DNA from: a virus
Lineage: Duplodnaviria > Caudoviricetes
IMG/VR virus record: IMGVR_UViG_3300010362_000051
Location: 1-38,689 of that record
DNA: 38,689 bases
Direction: 5' to 3' (one strand)
Shown here: positions 18,942 through 28,523 of the stretch, one piece after another
Position numbering within the stretch: position 1 is the stretch's first letter
How the letters are laid out: every line of letters begins with the position of its first letter
Notes under the pieces: model-generated
The model's input: the letters and a program-made list of their open reading frames with translations, nothing else
Database searches by the model: none
What the model was told of the DNA's origin: nothing
Made by a program: the position numbers and the translations under genes

Positions 18942-19136
18942 TTAATAATTTCCCATTATCTTATGAACTTTGGACATCTGAGAACTAAAAGATTTAGATT
19001 TACCTTTTCCCTTATGCTTGAAATATTCTATCTGCTGCAATCTCTTTTTAGCTTTCTTCTTGGAAGTAGGTTTAGACAAACGTTTGTCAGACTTTTCAGA
19101 AACTACTTCATACTTACTTCCCACCTTTTTAATCAT
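18942..19136 (-). CDS. Small highly basic protein
   Basis: MIKKVGSKYEVVSEK...AKKRLQQIEYFKH; AGGAG RBS. Confidence 0.7.
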   Translation of the reverse strand: MIKKVGSKYEVVSEKSDKRLSKPTSKKKAKKRLQQIEYFKHKGKGKSKSFSSQMSKVHKIMGNY

Positions 19137-19144
19137 ATTAGCTC

Positions 19145-19903
19145 CTAAGAGTTTTGAATTGCATCTATGCAAGAGAAATTCTGAAACACATCATTATCTG
19201 CTGTAGCATCTCCTTGAATCAAGAGAATTAGATTGTTACTTCCCATATCAGAAACAGTTATACCAGATACAGTATTGAATGAGTAACCTAAGAAACTATT
19301 AGCAAATCCATCTAGAGCGTTACCAGAATCTATAGCCTTAAAGTTAATAATCATAATTCCAGATACTCTAGCAGTTGTAGCAGTCATCCTGACTATCCTA
19401 TAAAATGTATTCCATCCAACTGCTCCATCTATATCTAGGAGGCTTGTATCAAAGAAAGTTTGTCCTCCAAACTTACCAATCAATTTCTTGTCATTATTGT
19501 TAGCTGTAAAATTCCCACCTTGATGAGCTACTAGAAGATCATTGTTAGCTGCTAAGGTATTGGCATTTATAGTAATACTATGAAGATCATCTGGGCCTGC
19601 CCCAACATTTCCAACTTGATCGAATCTAGTTGATATATTTTTAGCATATCCTACTATAAATCCATTAGCTTTAACCTTAAAAGTGTCAGAACTATTTTGC
19701 TGGCCTTTAACTAGTAAAGCCCCAACTCCAGTATTAAGTTGATTGATATTGACAACAGGAGTTGTAGCATGGGAAAATTTATGGAGTATTTCAATTGTAT
19801 CAACTCCATTTAAAGCCTTAACAAGTTGATCAAATTCAGAATCAACACTTCCAGAAAGTATAGTTGTGCCAGGAGCAAAATCATTTAATCTAGCTAAAGC
19901 CAT
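19145..19903 (-). CDS. Putative tail fibre/appendage protein
   Basis: N-terminus paralogous to 18174..18920; beta-rich C-terminus. Confidence 0.6.
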   Translation of the reverse strand: MALARLNDFAPGTTILSGSVDSEFDQLVKALNGVDTIEILHKFSHATTPVVNINQLNTGVGALLVKGQQNSSDTFKVKANGFIVGYAKNISTRFDQVGNVGAGPDDLHSITINANTLAANNDLLVAHQGGNFTANNNDKKLIGKFGGQTFFDTSLLDIDGAVGWNTFYRIVRMTATTARVSGIMIINFKAIDSGNALDGFANSFLGYSFNTVSGITVSDMGSNNLILLIQGDATADNDVFQNFSCIDAIQNS

Positions 19904-19923
19904 ATATACCTCGTAAACACTGT

Positions 19924-21654
19924 TTAAACCGTCTTAGCTCCATATTCACTAAGTTCTTCATACTTAATTCCAAAACTTAGTATGCCAAATCCTTGATTTT
20001 CTTGATTACATAAGAAGCTAAACTGAACCATTACTGCTTTTCTAGGCTTAGGATCTTCTGGAGTTCCAAATAAAAATCCTCTTCTAAGCCTCTCTACATT
20101 TCTAACACTTCCTGTATCAAACAACTGACCATCATCAAACTTAACTATAGGACTATCAAAAATAGCTCCAGATGTAGCAAGTTCAAAATTGAATGTGTAA
20201 GTTCCTGTAGAAGTTTCCTGTTCATCAAGATAGTAAGAGATACTAACTGATGAATTTTCTGATGGTACAAGTATCCTAGCAAACCAATCAATTAAATACT
20301 TAACTATATCATCTAGATCGAAATCATATATCTTAGTTAGGATAAAGCTTCTAATGGGTAAACTAGAATCTAAAAATGTTTTAGATGTAGCTCTGGGAAT
20401 ATACTGGCCTATGAAGTAGTTATTATTAGCTACATCATGACATCCTAAAAGGTATACTAATTTCTGAACATCATGATCATAAACTTCAAAAGCAGTACCA
20501 AAAGCTAATCCATCAAACTCAACTATTCTAGTTATACCCTTCTTGATATCCCTATAATCAAAAACATAGGTTATATTTTCCCCAGTTTTAGATACACTTT
20601 GATCCACACACAACCAATACTGGCTCCGATCTGGCAAGACCCCAGAACATACATTCTCATCAGTCAGATCTTGATGAATATCTTGTATGTCTGATACATT
20701 CAAACTGACTATGGCAGATTCAAAATCAGCCACAATTTGAGCAGCAGCCAGACTAGCTATTCCTCCTCTAGCTAGAAAAAAGACATCATCAAGAACTGGC
20801 TGAATAGTTGAAGCTGCTAGGCATCCAACTAAACTAGAGTATTTTTCAAACTTAACAAACCTAAGATCATTTGGATGATCGGGATTCTCAGTTCCTACAT
20901 AAATTCCTCTTCTCTTAAAAACAAATAGTCTTTCTTTCTCAGCATATAAACCTGTTATGAAATCTCCATCATCTTTATCAAAATCCCACTTAGCTCCATG
21001 AGCAGGATTAGCTCCAGCATCAGTGTCCCATCCAGTATGGGAGCCTATGTTTGAAGCTTGAAGTTGATTTGGTTGATCAGATCTAGCAATCCATAACCTA
21101 TTCTTCCAAACTTCAATAAGCTTCCCTGGAGGGGCACCAGTTAGCTTGGATGCTGTCCCTGGGGCGGGAGAGACAACTTGAATAGGATTGTCTCCAGAAG
21201 TCAAACTATTAACACCAATAGCTACTCCATTGAAGATTCTCCAATACCATCTAACTCCGTCAGGAAGAACTAAACCACCTGTCAAGTCAGTTATGATCCC
21301 TTCCAGAGTTCTAGAAAGGAGCTTAATTCCAGTAGTATAAAGTATACCAACAAATGCTGTAGCTCCTTCAAAATCTAGTTCACTCAGAATAGGATCTGGA
21401 TAAAATGTACCAAGTGAATCCCATAGACTTTGATCCCACAAAGTATTATCCCAAACTCCAACTACTCCTCCTGCTCCTATTACTCCATTTCTAGTGATCA
21501 GATTGCCATTCTGATCATACTCCATATTACGGATTCTAACAGCATTTTCATTGTCAATCTCATTAGCTGGATCAGCAGTATTCATTCCTTTACGGAATGC
21601 CCCAATCCGCATAGTATCTCTTTTAACTTCTGGTTCTTGTGCTGCTACTGGCAT
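19924..21654 (-). CDS. Tail nozzle / head-closure protein (tubular B or P22 gp10-like)
   Basis: 576 aa; GMNT...N...RNG, KNRLW, ITGL...LFVFK, VGCLA..TIQ...VFFLA..GI beta-propeller-like pattern. Confidence 0.75.
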   Translation of the reverse strand: MPVAAQEPEVKRDTMRIGAFRKGMNTADPANEIDNENAVRIRNMEYDQNGNLITRNGVIGAGGVVGVWDNTLWDQSLWDSLGTFYPDPILSELDFEGATAFVGILYTTGIKLLSRTLEGIITDLTGGLVLPDGVRWYWRIFNGVAIGVNSLTSGDNPIQVVSPAPGTASKLTGAPPGKLIEVWKNRLWIARSDQPNQLQASNIGSHTGWDTDAGANPAHGAKWDFDKDDGDFITGLYAEKERLFVFKRRGIYVGTENPDHPNDLRFVKFEKYSSLVGCLAASTIQPVLDDVFFLARGGIASLAAAQIVADFESAIVSLNVSDIQDIHQDLTDENVCSGVLPDRSQYWLCVDQSVSKTGENITYVFDYRDIKKGITRIVEFDGLAFGTAFEVYDHDVQKLVYLLGCHDVANNNYFIGQYIPRATSKTFLDSSLPIRSFILTKIYDFDLDDIVKYLIDWFARILVPSENSSVSISYYLDEQETSTGTYTFNFELATSGAIFDSPIVKFDDGQLFDTGSVRNVERLRRGFLFGTPEDPKPRKAVMVQFSFLCNQENQGFGILSFGIKYEELSEYGAKTV

Positions 21655-21668
21655 AATTTAAACACTGT

Positions 21669-22004
21669 TTAAGCTGTTGCGAATCCTAACATTCTTATTC
21701 TGACATCTTCAGTAGAAGGATTGAAAAATCCTAAATTAGTTCCTATGCCTACAGCAGCATTAGGAACTTGGGACTCATAATATTCTCTCATGTCTCCTGT
21801 TTCTATCACATCTCCAAATATAGTAGTAGATACTTGGTCTGGGGCTGTAGCTTTTCCTACATTCACTGCTCCAGGATTTGGCCCAATCTTATCTATATAC
21901 ACCAGAATCTTCTCATAAGTATTGCTCCCAATAAGACTGGATGCAGTTATTACCCCAGAAGTAGAATTTATAATCTGATTTTTACCAAATACTCCAGCAG
22001 CCAT
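21669..22004 (-). CDS. Hypothetical virion protein
   Basis: 111 aa, AGGAG RBS, structural operon. Confidence 0.6.
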   Translation of the reverse strand: MAAGVFGKNQIINSTSGVITASSLIGSNTYEKILVYIDKIGPNPGAVNVGKATAPDQVSTTIFGDVIETGDMREYYESQVPNAAVGIGTNLGFFNPSTEDVRIRMLGFATA

Positions 22005-22012
22005 AATTTCTC

Positions 22013-22714
22013 CTATTCAAAAGGATAACGAAGTCTAGCTGGCCTATTTCTGGTAGTAATATCAGACCATCTCTTAATTTGCTTACGAGATGGTTTGTTA
22101 GTTTCCTGCCTCAATAGACCAGCTAGATTCTTAGCATACTCACCTCTTTCGACATTGTATGCTGTCCATTCTTTTTCTGCCTTAGTAATATACATCCTCA
22201 ACCTACTTTCTAGACAAAGTATTGCCTGTGGGCTGAGAGGTAAAACATCACTAGATGTAACGTTCAATACATCATAATAGTATTGACCATCAATCGTTAG
22301 TGATGAATTAGGAACTGGCCACAACTTAACTCTTTGAATAAAATCATTATTGATGTCTATTCTAGGATCTGTTACCCAATGTTTATGGGGGGTTCCAAAT
22401 TGCTCCAAGTCTACATTATATGCTACCAAAGTTTTAGGATTTGTATAATCTATCTCATCATCTGTATTGATATGACGAAGATACTTAATAGATCTAAAAT
22501 CTTGTGGTAGATCATATAGACCGTCAGTAACTAGAGGATCAGTTGTAATAGTAAAGTTCCTAGCAAAGATCTTCATATTGCCTTCTGAATCCACTTCTAC
22601 CATAGCAGCTTTAAGCCAGGTTTCACATTGAGTGACAAAGGCAGGATCATCAAGATGATTACCTTGCTCATTGATGATTCTAGTAGCTAATTGATTTAGA
22701 GTTACTGTTGACAT
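22013..22714 (-). CDS. Head-tail adaptor (tubular A-like)
   Basis: YDLPQDF, GTP, KLWPVPN motifs; position between capsid and nozzle genes. Confidence 0.75.
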   Translation of the reverse strand: MSTVTLNQLATRIINEQGNHLDDPAFVTQCETWLKAAMVEVDSEGNMKIFARNFTITTDPLVTDGLYDLPQDFRSIKYLRHINTDDEIDYTNPKTLVAYNVDLEQFGTPHKHWVTDPRIDINNDFIQRVKLWPVPNSSLTIDGQYYYDVLNVTSSDVLPLSPQAILCLESRLRMYITKAEKEWTAYNVERGEYAKNLAGLLRQETNKPSRKQIKRWSDITTRNRPARLRYPFE

Positions 22715-22730
22715 ATTTCATAAACACTGT

Positions 22731-23267
22731 TTAAATTGTAGGAGACAACCAAGATGTAGGAATATGAGCTTTATCAACTATATCCGTATCTCGGAACTTA
22801 TGCCTAAGTTGAACATGACGCTCAAGAGCTATAAGGGCTATCTTCCTTTTATTAACAGGAACTTTGTGCCAGTTCTTAAACTTGATCGCCTTCGCTCCAT
22901 CATAGAAGCAATCTCTATAGACACAAACTGATGGAGTACGTTCAACAAATTCTCTCAGAACAAGAAAATGTGGTTGAACAATATTTTCTTTCAATTGACA
23001 CTTGACTCCACTTTCTGGAACATTTTTGGGAACAAGATCATCAAAAGACAAACCATCCAACTTGCTATCTTCAAAATTTACATTTTCGAGATAGGCTTCT
23101 ACCTCTTCGTCGTCAAAGACATCTTCCTCTTCTGAGAGTTCATATGACTGTTCAATGAGTGGAACATCTTCAGGCATATCTACATCTCCTGAATATGTAG
23201 CTTCCATAGCTCTGACAGTTTCCATCTCTTCAAAAAAGTCATCTACCATTGGTTTCTTTTTTGCCAT
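22731..23267 (-). CDS. Hypothetical protein, acidic N-half with possible C2H2 site
   Basis: CVYRDC...HVQLRH. Confidence 0.65.
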   Translation of the reverse strand: MAKKKPMVDDFFEEMETVRAMEATYSGDVDMPEDVPLIEQSYELSEEEDVFDDEEVEAYLENVNFEDSKLDGLSFDDLVPKNVPESGVKCQLKENIVQPHFLVLREFVERTPSVCVYRDCFYDGAKAIKFKNWHKVPVNKRKIALIALERHVQLRHKFRDTDIVDKAHIPTSWLSPTI

Positions 23268-23271
23268 TGCC

Positions 23272-23574
23272 TTATTTCCTTATGATAAGAAACTCATTAT
23301 GGGGAGGTGCATGATCACCTGGAGTGTATTTGACTTGACACTTCCTATGAGCTTCAGTTGGATAATGTTCATGCTCTTCTGGATAATGATGAATGATAGC
23401 TGGAGCACCCAGAACTGCTAGGGCTTCTTCTACTTTCTCTTCAGCATTATCAGCAAGGACATAATCTACTTCTTCCTCTTCGTCATCTTCCTCCAAAAGG
23501 TATCCTTCCTCTTCCTCACTTTCTCTACCTTTTTTAGGAATTTCCTTTTCTTTGTTTCCTTTTTTAGCTGGCAT
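23272..23574 (-). CDS. Acidic/His-rich hypothetical protein
   Basis: 100 aa; GGAGG RBS. Confidence 0.6.
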   Translation of the reverse strand: MPAKKGNKEKEIPKKGRESEEEEGYLLEEDDEEEEVDYVLADNAEEKVEEALAVLGAPAIIHHYPEEHEHYPTEAHRKCQVKYTPGDHAPPHNEFLIIRK

Positions 23575-23600
23575 TACTCACCCTCCTATTTAAACAGTGT

Positions 23601-24254
23601 TTAATTGATGAATACCCAAGTCAGATTAGCTTTAAATCCTGTTGCAGGTTCAGTAACCATAGCCTTGATTCCTTTACCAGCAGCAAGATTAGCAATCCTT
23701 CTAGTTTCAGCAGCAGTTGGAGTAGTCACAGCTATTGTAATTAGTTGCCCTGCTACTGTACCTCCCGCCAAAAGATCCTCAGCAGCTACAGCAGCATTAC
23801 AATTAGCAATAGCTTTACCCTTAACAGTCATAAATCCCTGAACACCTGCAAGATGAGATGTTAGGGCTGGATCTGTAGTCAAAGGGCCACCATCTCCAAA
23901 CTCAATAATACCATCTACTGTATTTCCAAGGTTATCATTAGCAGCAATGTTGACTACGTTTTCTGCCCTTTGTTCCTCAGTAGCAAAGCTTATGTCAGCT
24001 TTAACTGCATTAAACTGAGCTACTGTACCATTAAGTCTAACAAACTTATACCTATTGCCAGGACGATAACGGTTGATAACATAGTTCTGAGCAGATTGAC
24101 CTCCTCCAGATCCAGTCACAGGAAAGAGCCTAGTTGTTACTTGTGTATCTTGACGACCTCTTTGGTCATCCAATTCCAAACCCAATTCAGGAAGTCCACC
24201 TTGAAATGCAGTGGTTGACGTTCCAAAATCAGTTACATTATGAACTTTATCCAT
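23601..24254 (-). CDS. Putative capsid decoration/cement protein
   Basis: Ala/Gly/Thr-rich, downstream of MCP; GNRYKFVR motif; strong RBS. Confidence 0.6.
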   Translation of the reverse strand: MDKVHNVTDFGTSTTAFQGGLPELGLELDDQRGRQDTQVTTRLFPVTGSGGGQSAQNYVINRYRPGNRYKFVRLNGTVAQFNAVKADISFATEEQRAENVVNIAANDNLGNTVDGIIEFGDGGPLTTDPALTSHLAGVQGFMTVKGKAIANCNAAVAAEDLLAGGTVAGQLITIAVTTPTAAETRRIANLAAGKGIKAMVTEPATGFKANLTWVFIN

Positions 24255-24277
24255 ATTCCTCCTTTTTTAAACAGTGT

Positions 24278-24559
24278 TTAAGCTGAAGTTATTCCAAAGA
24301 AATCAAAGACTCCTGGCCCTAAGACGTTTATGTTAGCTCCTATAATTGTGCCAGCATTCAGCACTAAGGGATCATCATCTACGCTAGGCAGAGACATACC
24401 GTTTCCAGCAGTTAAGCCACTATTCCCAATAAATACTACTCCAGCTATAGCTCTAATGGCAGCATAAGAATAAGTCTTAGCTCCTGCTCCTAAAGCAGCA
24501 TCTAAAGTTTGAATAGTAGTAATAGCAACTCTGTTGTTGACAATATCTCCAGCAGGCAT
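24278..24559 (-). CDS. Hypothetical virion protein
   Basis: 93 aa; GGAGG RBS. Confidence 0.65.
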   Translation of the reverse strand: MPAGDIVNNRVAITTIQTLDAALGAGAKTYSYAAIRAIAGVVFIGNSGLTAGNGMSLPSVDDDPLVLNAGTIIGANINVLGPGVFDFFGITSA

Positions 24560-24562
24560 TTT

Positions 24563-24640
24563 CTACCTCCCTAAGAGAGCTAACAAAATAGACCATGAAG
24601 ACCCAGACTTCGGAAAATCATATCTAATCAATACATCCAT
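24563..24640 (-). CDS. 25-aa peptide directly after MCP (not in ORF track)
   Basis: MDVLIRYDFPKSGSSWSILLALLGR; AGGAGG RBS overlapping the MCP stop; fills the gap exactly. Confidence 0.5.
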   Translation of the reverse strand: MDVLIRYDFPKSGSSWSILLALLGR

Positions 24641-24648
24641 AAAACCTC

Positions 24649-25689
24649 CTAGAAACCTGCTTGAAAATCAATATCATTCATACGGCCTTGAAGTGACCTA
24701 TTGTTAACAATATACTGACCGTAAAGAATGATTTGAGCGACTTTAGCTTCTTGATTGTATGGTCTGATGAATGGAGACATCATGAAGTTCCGTCCTGATC
24801 CAACCACAAACTTCATGTAATTGGTATTGCACCCTTCAATTTCTTGGTTAGTAGCTCCAGGGTTAATGCTGGTATTATTAACCAAGTTATCAAGAACCAT
24901 TGAAGTGGCTTTGAACTTCAGAACTTCAAATCCAGCATTGGCCAAAGCTGAATCACCGATGTTACCGTCCTTGACATACCTCTCATTAACAACAATAGTT
25001 GATTCAAAATACTCATGAACCTTTTGGCCCATCATGAATAGGGTAGCCCTATCAGTATTCCTCATCATTGAATTATAGAAGGTAGTCAATATCTGCCTGA
25101 ATTGACGAAGGATAGTATCAGTCTGATTGAGATCTGCTCCAGAAAAGGCCCTATAACCAATCCACTGATTCCTCCAGTACAGTTGGGTGTTGGAATCAAT
25201 TCCTCCATAGACGTTCCAAGCTGCCCCATCTTCAATGGCAGCAAGAAACCCTGTGAGATCTTTTCCACCATTTCCAGTTCCGTCCGCATGGGACTGACGA
25301 TTGAAAAGATTTGTCATGGTCATCTGAGCTTGCATAGTTTTACCCTTCAACAAGCTAAAGATTCTGACTTGATTATCAGCATTGACAAACTCTTGTCTAC
25401 CAGAAATGGTAATAGACACAGCCAATTGTGCCCAAGGAAATTCAGCAGCAGAGATACCACCTTGTGGATCTGTGGGGATGATGTCATAATCCCTGAAAGA
25501 TCCCGCTGTAGTATTTTCAGCAAAGATGGTTGGCTCAACTAGAGTACGTCCACCATCTTGCTCCTCCATACCACCATTCTTTTTGAGGTAGAACATAACT
25601 GCTGACTTATCAGTTACGTTATCAGCAAGTTTTGGCCTGTATCTCTGGACAGTTGTAGCCGCAACTTGATCGAAGTTAGGATTACTCAT
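24649..25689 (-). CDS. Major capsid protein
   Basis: 346 aa; LADNV...DGGRTLVEP, DGTGNGGKDLTG, YGGID....YWRNQ typical of a widespread phage MCP family; follows scaffold. Confidence 0.9.
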   Translation of the reverse strand: MSNPNFDQVAATTVQRYRPKLADNVTDKSAVMFYLKKNGGMEEQDGGRTLVEPTIFAENTTAGSFRDYDIIPTDPQGGISAAEFPWAQLAVSITISGRQEFVNADNQVRIFSLLKGKTMQAQMTMTNLFNRQSHADGTGNGGKDLTGFLAAIEDGAAWNVYGGIDSNTQLYWRNQWIGYRAFSGADLNQTDTILRQFRQILTTFYNSMMRNTDRATLFMMGQKVHEYFESTIVVNERYVKDGNIGDSALANAGFEVLKFKATSMVLDNLVNNTSINPGATNQEIEGCNTNYMKFVVGSGRNFMMSPFIRPYNQEAKVAQIILYGQYIVNNRSLQGRMNDIDFQAGF

Positions 25690-25773
25690 ATTCCTCCTTT
25701 GAAGGATTTTATTGTGGTTATTATGAGAATCCCTGGCTCATATGCAACTAGGAATCAGGGATTTAAACACTGT

Positions 25774-26571
25774 TTACGCTGACTTCTTACGTTTGACCGT
25801 AGAAAGTAAAGAGGTGTTCCAAGCGTGCTGAAAGACATCTGTATCAGACATTTCTTTCATCTTCTTGGAATTGAATTTAGGTCTAGGTGGAGGGGTTCCA
25901 ACAGAATCCTCTGAGTCAGCGTCTACTTGAACTGACTTTAGAGTTTTCTTGGTGGTGGCCTGAGTTTTAGTTTTACCTGTCTTAGTTCCAGAAATAGCTC
26001 CAGCATCTACAAGAGAAAGATAAGCATCTTCAGCAGTAATCTTACCTCCAGCTTTCTCAACCCTGCTGATCATCTTAGCTACTGGAATCATGTTATTCTT
26101 GAAGTTTTCACCATACTTGATAGCACATCCTTGGAACTCAGCAGTAACTCTAGCTTGTTTCAAGGCTGGCTCATTTTGTTCCATAATAGCACTGATACGC
26201 TTATTAACAGATTTCTCCATCCTTTTAGCTAGGATATTGACCATCTGTTTGTTATCAAGCTCCTCTGGAATTTCTTCTTCCTCTTCTTCCTCTTGCTTCT
26301 GACCTCCTTTGCCCATAGCTTGAACTATAGCATTAGTGACCATCTGAGGGATATTTTGAATACTCCTTTCCATATTGGTAAGCCTAGTTTCAAAGTCAGA
26401 AGAACCTACTTCTTCCTCTTCTTCTACTTCTACTTCTTCCTCTTCTTCTACTCCTTCCTCTTCCTCTATCTCATCCTCTTCAAAAACATCATCTTCACTA
26501 AACCCTGTAAGTTCAAGCTCACCATCATCTCCAAAATCAAAATCCAATTCGGCTACACTTCTTTTAGCCAT
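25774..26571 (-). CDS. Capsid scaffolding protein (putative)
   Basis: Very acidic N-terminus, coiled coil, directly upstream of MCP; GGAGG RBS before ATG 26571. Confidence 0.7.
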   Translation of the reverse strand: MAKRSVAELDFDFGDDGELELTGFSEDDVFEEDEIEEEEGVEEEEEVEVEEEEEVGSSDFETRLTNMERSIQNIPQMVTNAIVQAMGKGGQKQEEEEEEEIPEELDNKQMVNILAKRMEKSVNKRISAIMEQNEPALKQARVTAEFQGCAIKYGENFKNNMIPVAKMISRVEKAGGKITAEDAYLSLVDAGAISGTKTGKTKTQATTKKTLKSVQVDADSEDSVGTPPPRPKFNSKKMKEMSDTDVFQHAWNTSLLSTVKRKKSA

Positions 26572-26572
26572 T

Positions 26573-26980
26573 TTAGCTTCCTCCAATTGAACATATTTTC
26601 TTTAATAGCATTCCTGCCATAGAATCTTTTTCAGGAACAGTCCAAACCCTACTAACATGCATCATAGTATTTAAAGAGTTCCCAAGTTGAATAACTCTAT
26701 CAGCTTTCTTTTCACAATCAAACTCCCATATAGCATACCTTTCTCCCAACTCCTTAGTAGTTACTTTCAAAGTTAAGATAGTATTACCAGACTGATTCAG
26801 TAGCAGGCTACCCCTCAGCCCATAAAAGGAAGTTCCTTCATCATTCTTTCCAAGAAATATCCAAGCTTCATCCATTGCATAACTTTTAAATCCAGAAACA
26901 AATCCAACTATAAAAACAAATACTACCCAAGTTATAATAGTTTTAATGACATAAGTTTTCCAATTAAAATCCTTAAACAT
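26573..26980 (-). CDS. Exported protein, surface-adhesin E-like
   Basis: N-terminal TM/signal; W..LG.....FY, EFDC, W..PE.DS....LLKKIC. Confidence 0.55.
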   Translation of the reverse strand: MFKDFNWKTYVIKTIITWVVFVFIVGFVSGFKSYAMDEAWIFLGKNDEGTSFYGLRGSLLLNQSGNTILTLKVTTKELGERYAIWEFDCEKKADRVIQLGNSLNTMMHVSRVWTVPEKDSMAGMLLKKICSIGGS

Positions 26981-27007
26981 ATCTTTTTCTCCTTGTTTAA
27001 ACACTGT

Positions 27008-27208
27008 TTAAATTTTATCTATCAAAATTACTAATGTTACATATACAAAAAGAATGAGTATTATCTCAAACGTTTGTACATATTTATTTAAATGCAGGAT
27101 CTTCAAAAACATCAGAGGGGCATTCAGATTCAAGTCTGGCCCTTTCTCTAGCTTTTTTGTTTCTTTCTCTAACAGTTCCATAATCGCCATATTCATCCTT
27201 CCAGGCAT
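27008..27208 (-). CDS. Possible small membrane peptide (start uncertain)
   Basis: Hydrophobic C-terminus; stop supplied by palindrome; largely overlaps upstream gene. Confidence 0.3.
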   Translation of the reverse strand: MPGRMNMAIMELLEKETKKLEKGPDLNLNAPLMFLKILHLNKYVQTFEIILILFVYVTLVILIDKI

Positions 27209-27590
27209 GATCCTCTATTATTTGTTTTTCTACATCCTTCATTGCCTTCCTATCCTTAGCCTTCATTCCCTCTTCTGCCATCTTAGTTAAGCCTTCTCTA
27301 TCAGTCCTATCTCCTATAAAGACTAAATCATTATCTTTAAGATGTTGATTAAATTTGGATTCAGATGTCCAATATTCATCTAATCTATCGTCATAGTATC
27401 CAAACCAGAACCTATCAGGACGCATTGTAGTCAATGAAAACAATTGAGTAGAATGCTTTCCACATTTAGGGCAATCCTGATGATCGGGATCATCTAAAAC
27501 GTTTATTCCATCTGACACTCGCCAGACGTATAATTCCTTAAACGTATACCCACATTTCTGATTGTCACACTCAAATTCATATTCAGGCAT
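27084..27590 (-). CDS. FmdB-family zinc-ribbon protein
   Basis: MPEYEFEC...CGYTF...CPKCG signature. Confidence 0.8.
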   Translation of the reverse strand: MPEYEFECDNQKCGYTFKELYVWRVSDGINVLDDPDHQDCPKCGKHSTQLFSLTTMRPDRFWFGYYDDRLDEYWTSESKFNQHLKDNDLVFIGDRTDREGLTKMAEEGMKAKDRKAMKDVEKQIIEDHAWKDEYGDYGTVRERNKKARERARLESECPSDVFEDPAFK

Positions 27591-27598
27591 ATTTTATA

Positions 27599-27668
27599 TT
27601 CAGGATGCTAGTTTAGCTTCGTCCCACCTTGACCTAACTCAAGACAAAGGTTCAACTAACATCCTGAA
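27599..27668 (-). other. Long intergenic RNA stem-loop
   Basis: Minus strand UUCAGGAUGUUAGUU / AACUAGCAUCCUGAA plus inner CUUUGUC/GACGAAG and UUGA/UCAA helices. Confidence 0.7.
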
Positions 27669-27715
27669 CCCCTTACTTGCGCATTACTCGCAAGCTCCTT
27701 TAAACACTGTTTAAA

Positions 27716-28270
27716 TTACCAGAAGCTTACTCCAAGCCCGGCATAAAGTTTATGGGTAGAGGGAGAAAGAAATCCCTCTGTTCTCTTATACCCAAATCCA
27801 ATAGGCTCAATATAAAAATTACCTAGAACAAGCCTTGGCCCAAACACATATTCCCTGGAAAAATTCTTATCTTGATTATAAGTAGTATCAAAACCAAGTC
27901 TAGCCTGGGCATAAAGATCAAGCCTAAGACTTTTGGTCTTAGCTACAGCTACGGCAAGCTCTGGCCCAAAGGCATATGTATCAGTGGGAAACTCAAAGCT
28001 GTCACGTTGATAATTGAATACAACTCCAACTCTAACTCTACCTCTACTATTCTCTCCAGTCTGATAAACCTTAGCATTCAAAGTGGCAGAGATACCTTGA
28101 TTATCCTGAACAATCTCTACTGGATTAGTGATCCTATATTCTGTATTGATGGCAGCCACTCCCAATTGAAGTGTCTGACAATGAGCTACTTGAGCCATAC
28201 AGATAATTGAGGCTGCTACAAAACCAAGTGCAATAATTGCTTTAGAAATATTTTTTTCCATAGTTACCAT
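27716..28270 (-). CDS. Outer-membrane beta-barrel protein (putative)
   Basis: Signal peptide (..VAHC|Q), alternating amphipathic strands, C-terminal LYAGLGVSFW beta-signal-like end. Confidence 0.7.
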   Translation of the reverse strand: MVTMEKNISKAIIALGFVAASIICMAQVAHCQTLQLGVAAINTEYRITNPVEIVQDNQGISATLNAKVYQTGENSRGRVRVGVVFNYQRDSFEFPTDTYAFGPELAVAVAKTKSLRLDLYAQARLGFDTTYNQDKNFSREYVFGPRLVLGNFYIEPIGFGYKRTEGFLSPSTHKLYAGLGVSFW

Positions 28271-28276
28271 TTCTCC

Positions 28277-28510
28277 TTAAACTAAATGTTTGATATTTAT
28301 TGGGCCTTCATTCTTAATGCAACTTCTCATAGAAGCTACAACTTGATTGAGCTTTGAATATAATGTCCAATATGAACCCCAATCGGCACACATAAAGGTA
28401 AGCTTTCCATCAATTACTTCTACCCTTACATTTACGTCTGGAACATTTACCTCACTACTCAAATTGAAGGCAGTAGCAATTCCTGTTTGGTAAATTCCTT
28501 GTTCAAACAT
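28277..28510 (-). CDS. Hypothetical protein
   Basis: 77 aa filling the gap after portal. Confidence 0.55.
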   Translation of the reverse strand: MFEQGIYQTGIATAFNLSSEVNVPDVNVRVEVIDGKLTFMCADWGSYWTLYSKLNQVVASMRSCIKNEGPINIKHLV

Positions 28511-28523
28511 ATTTAAACACTGT

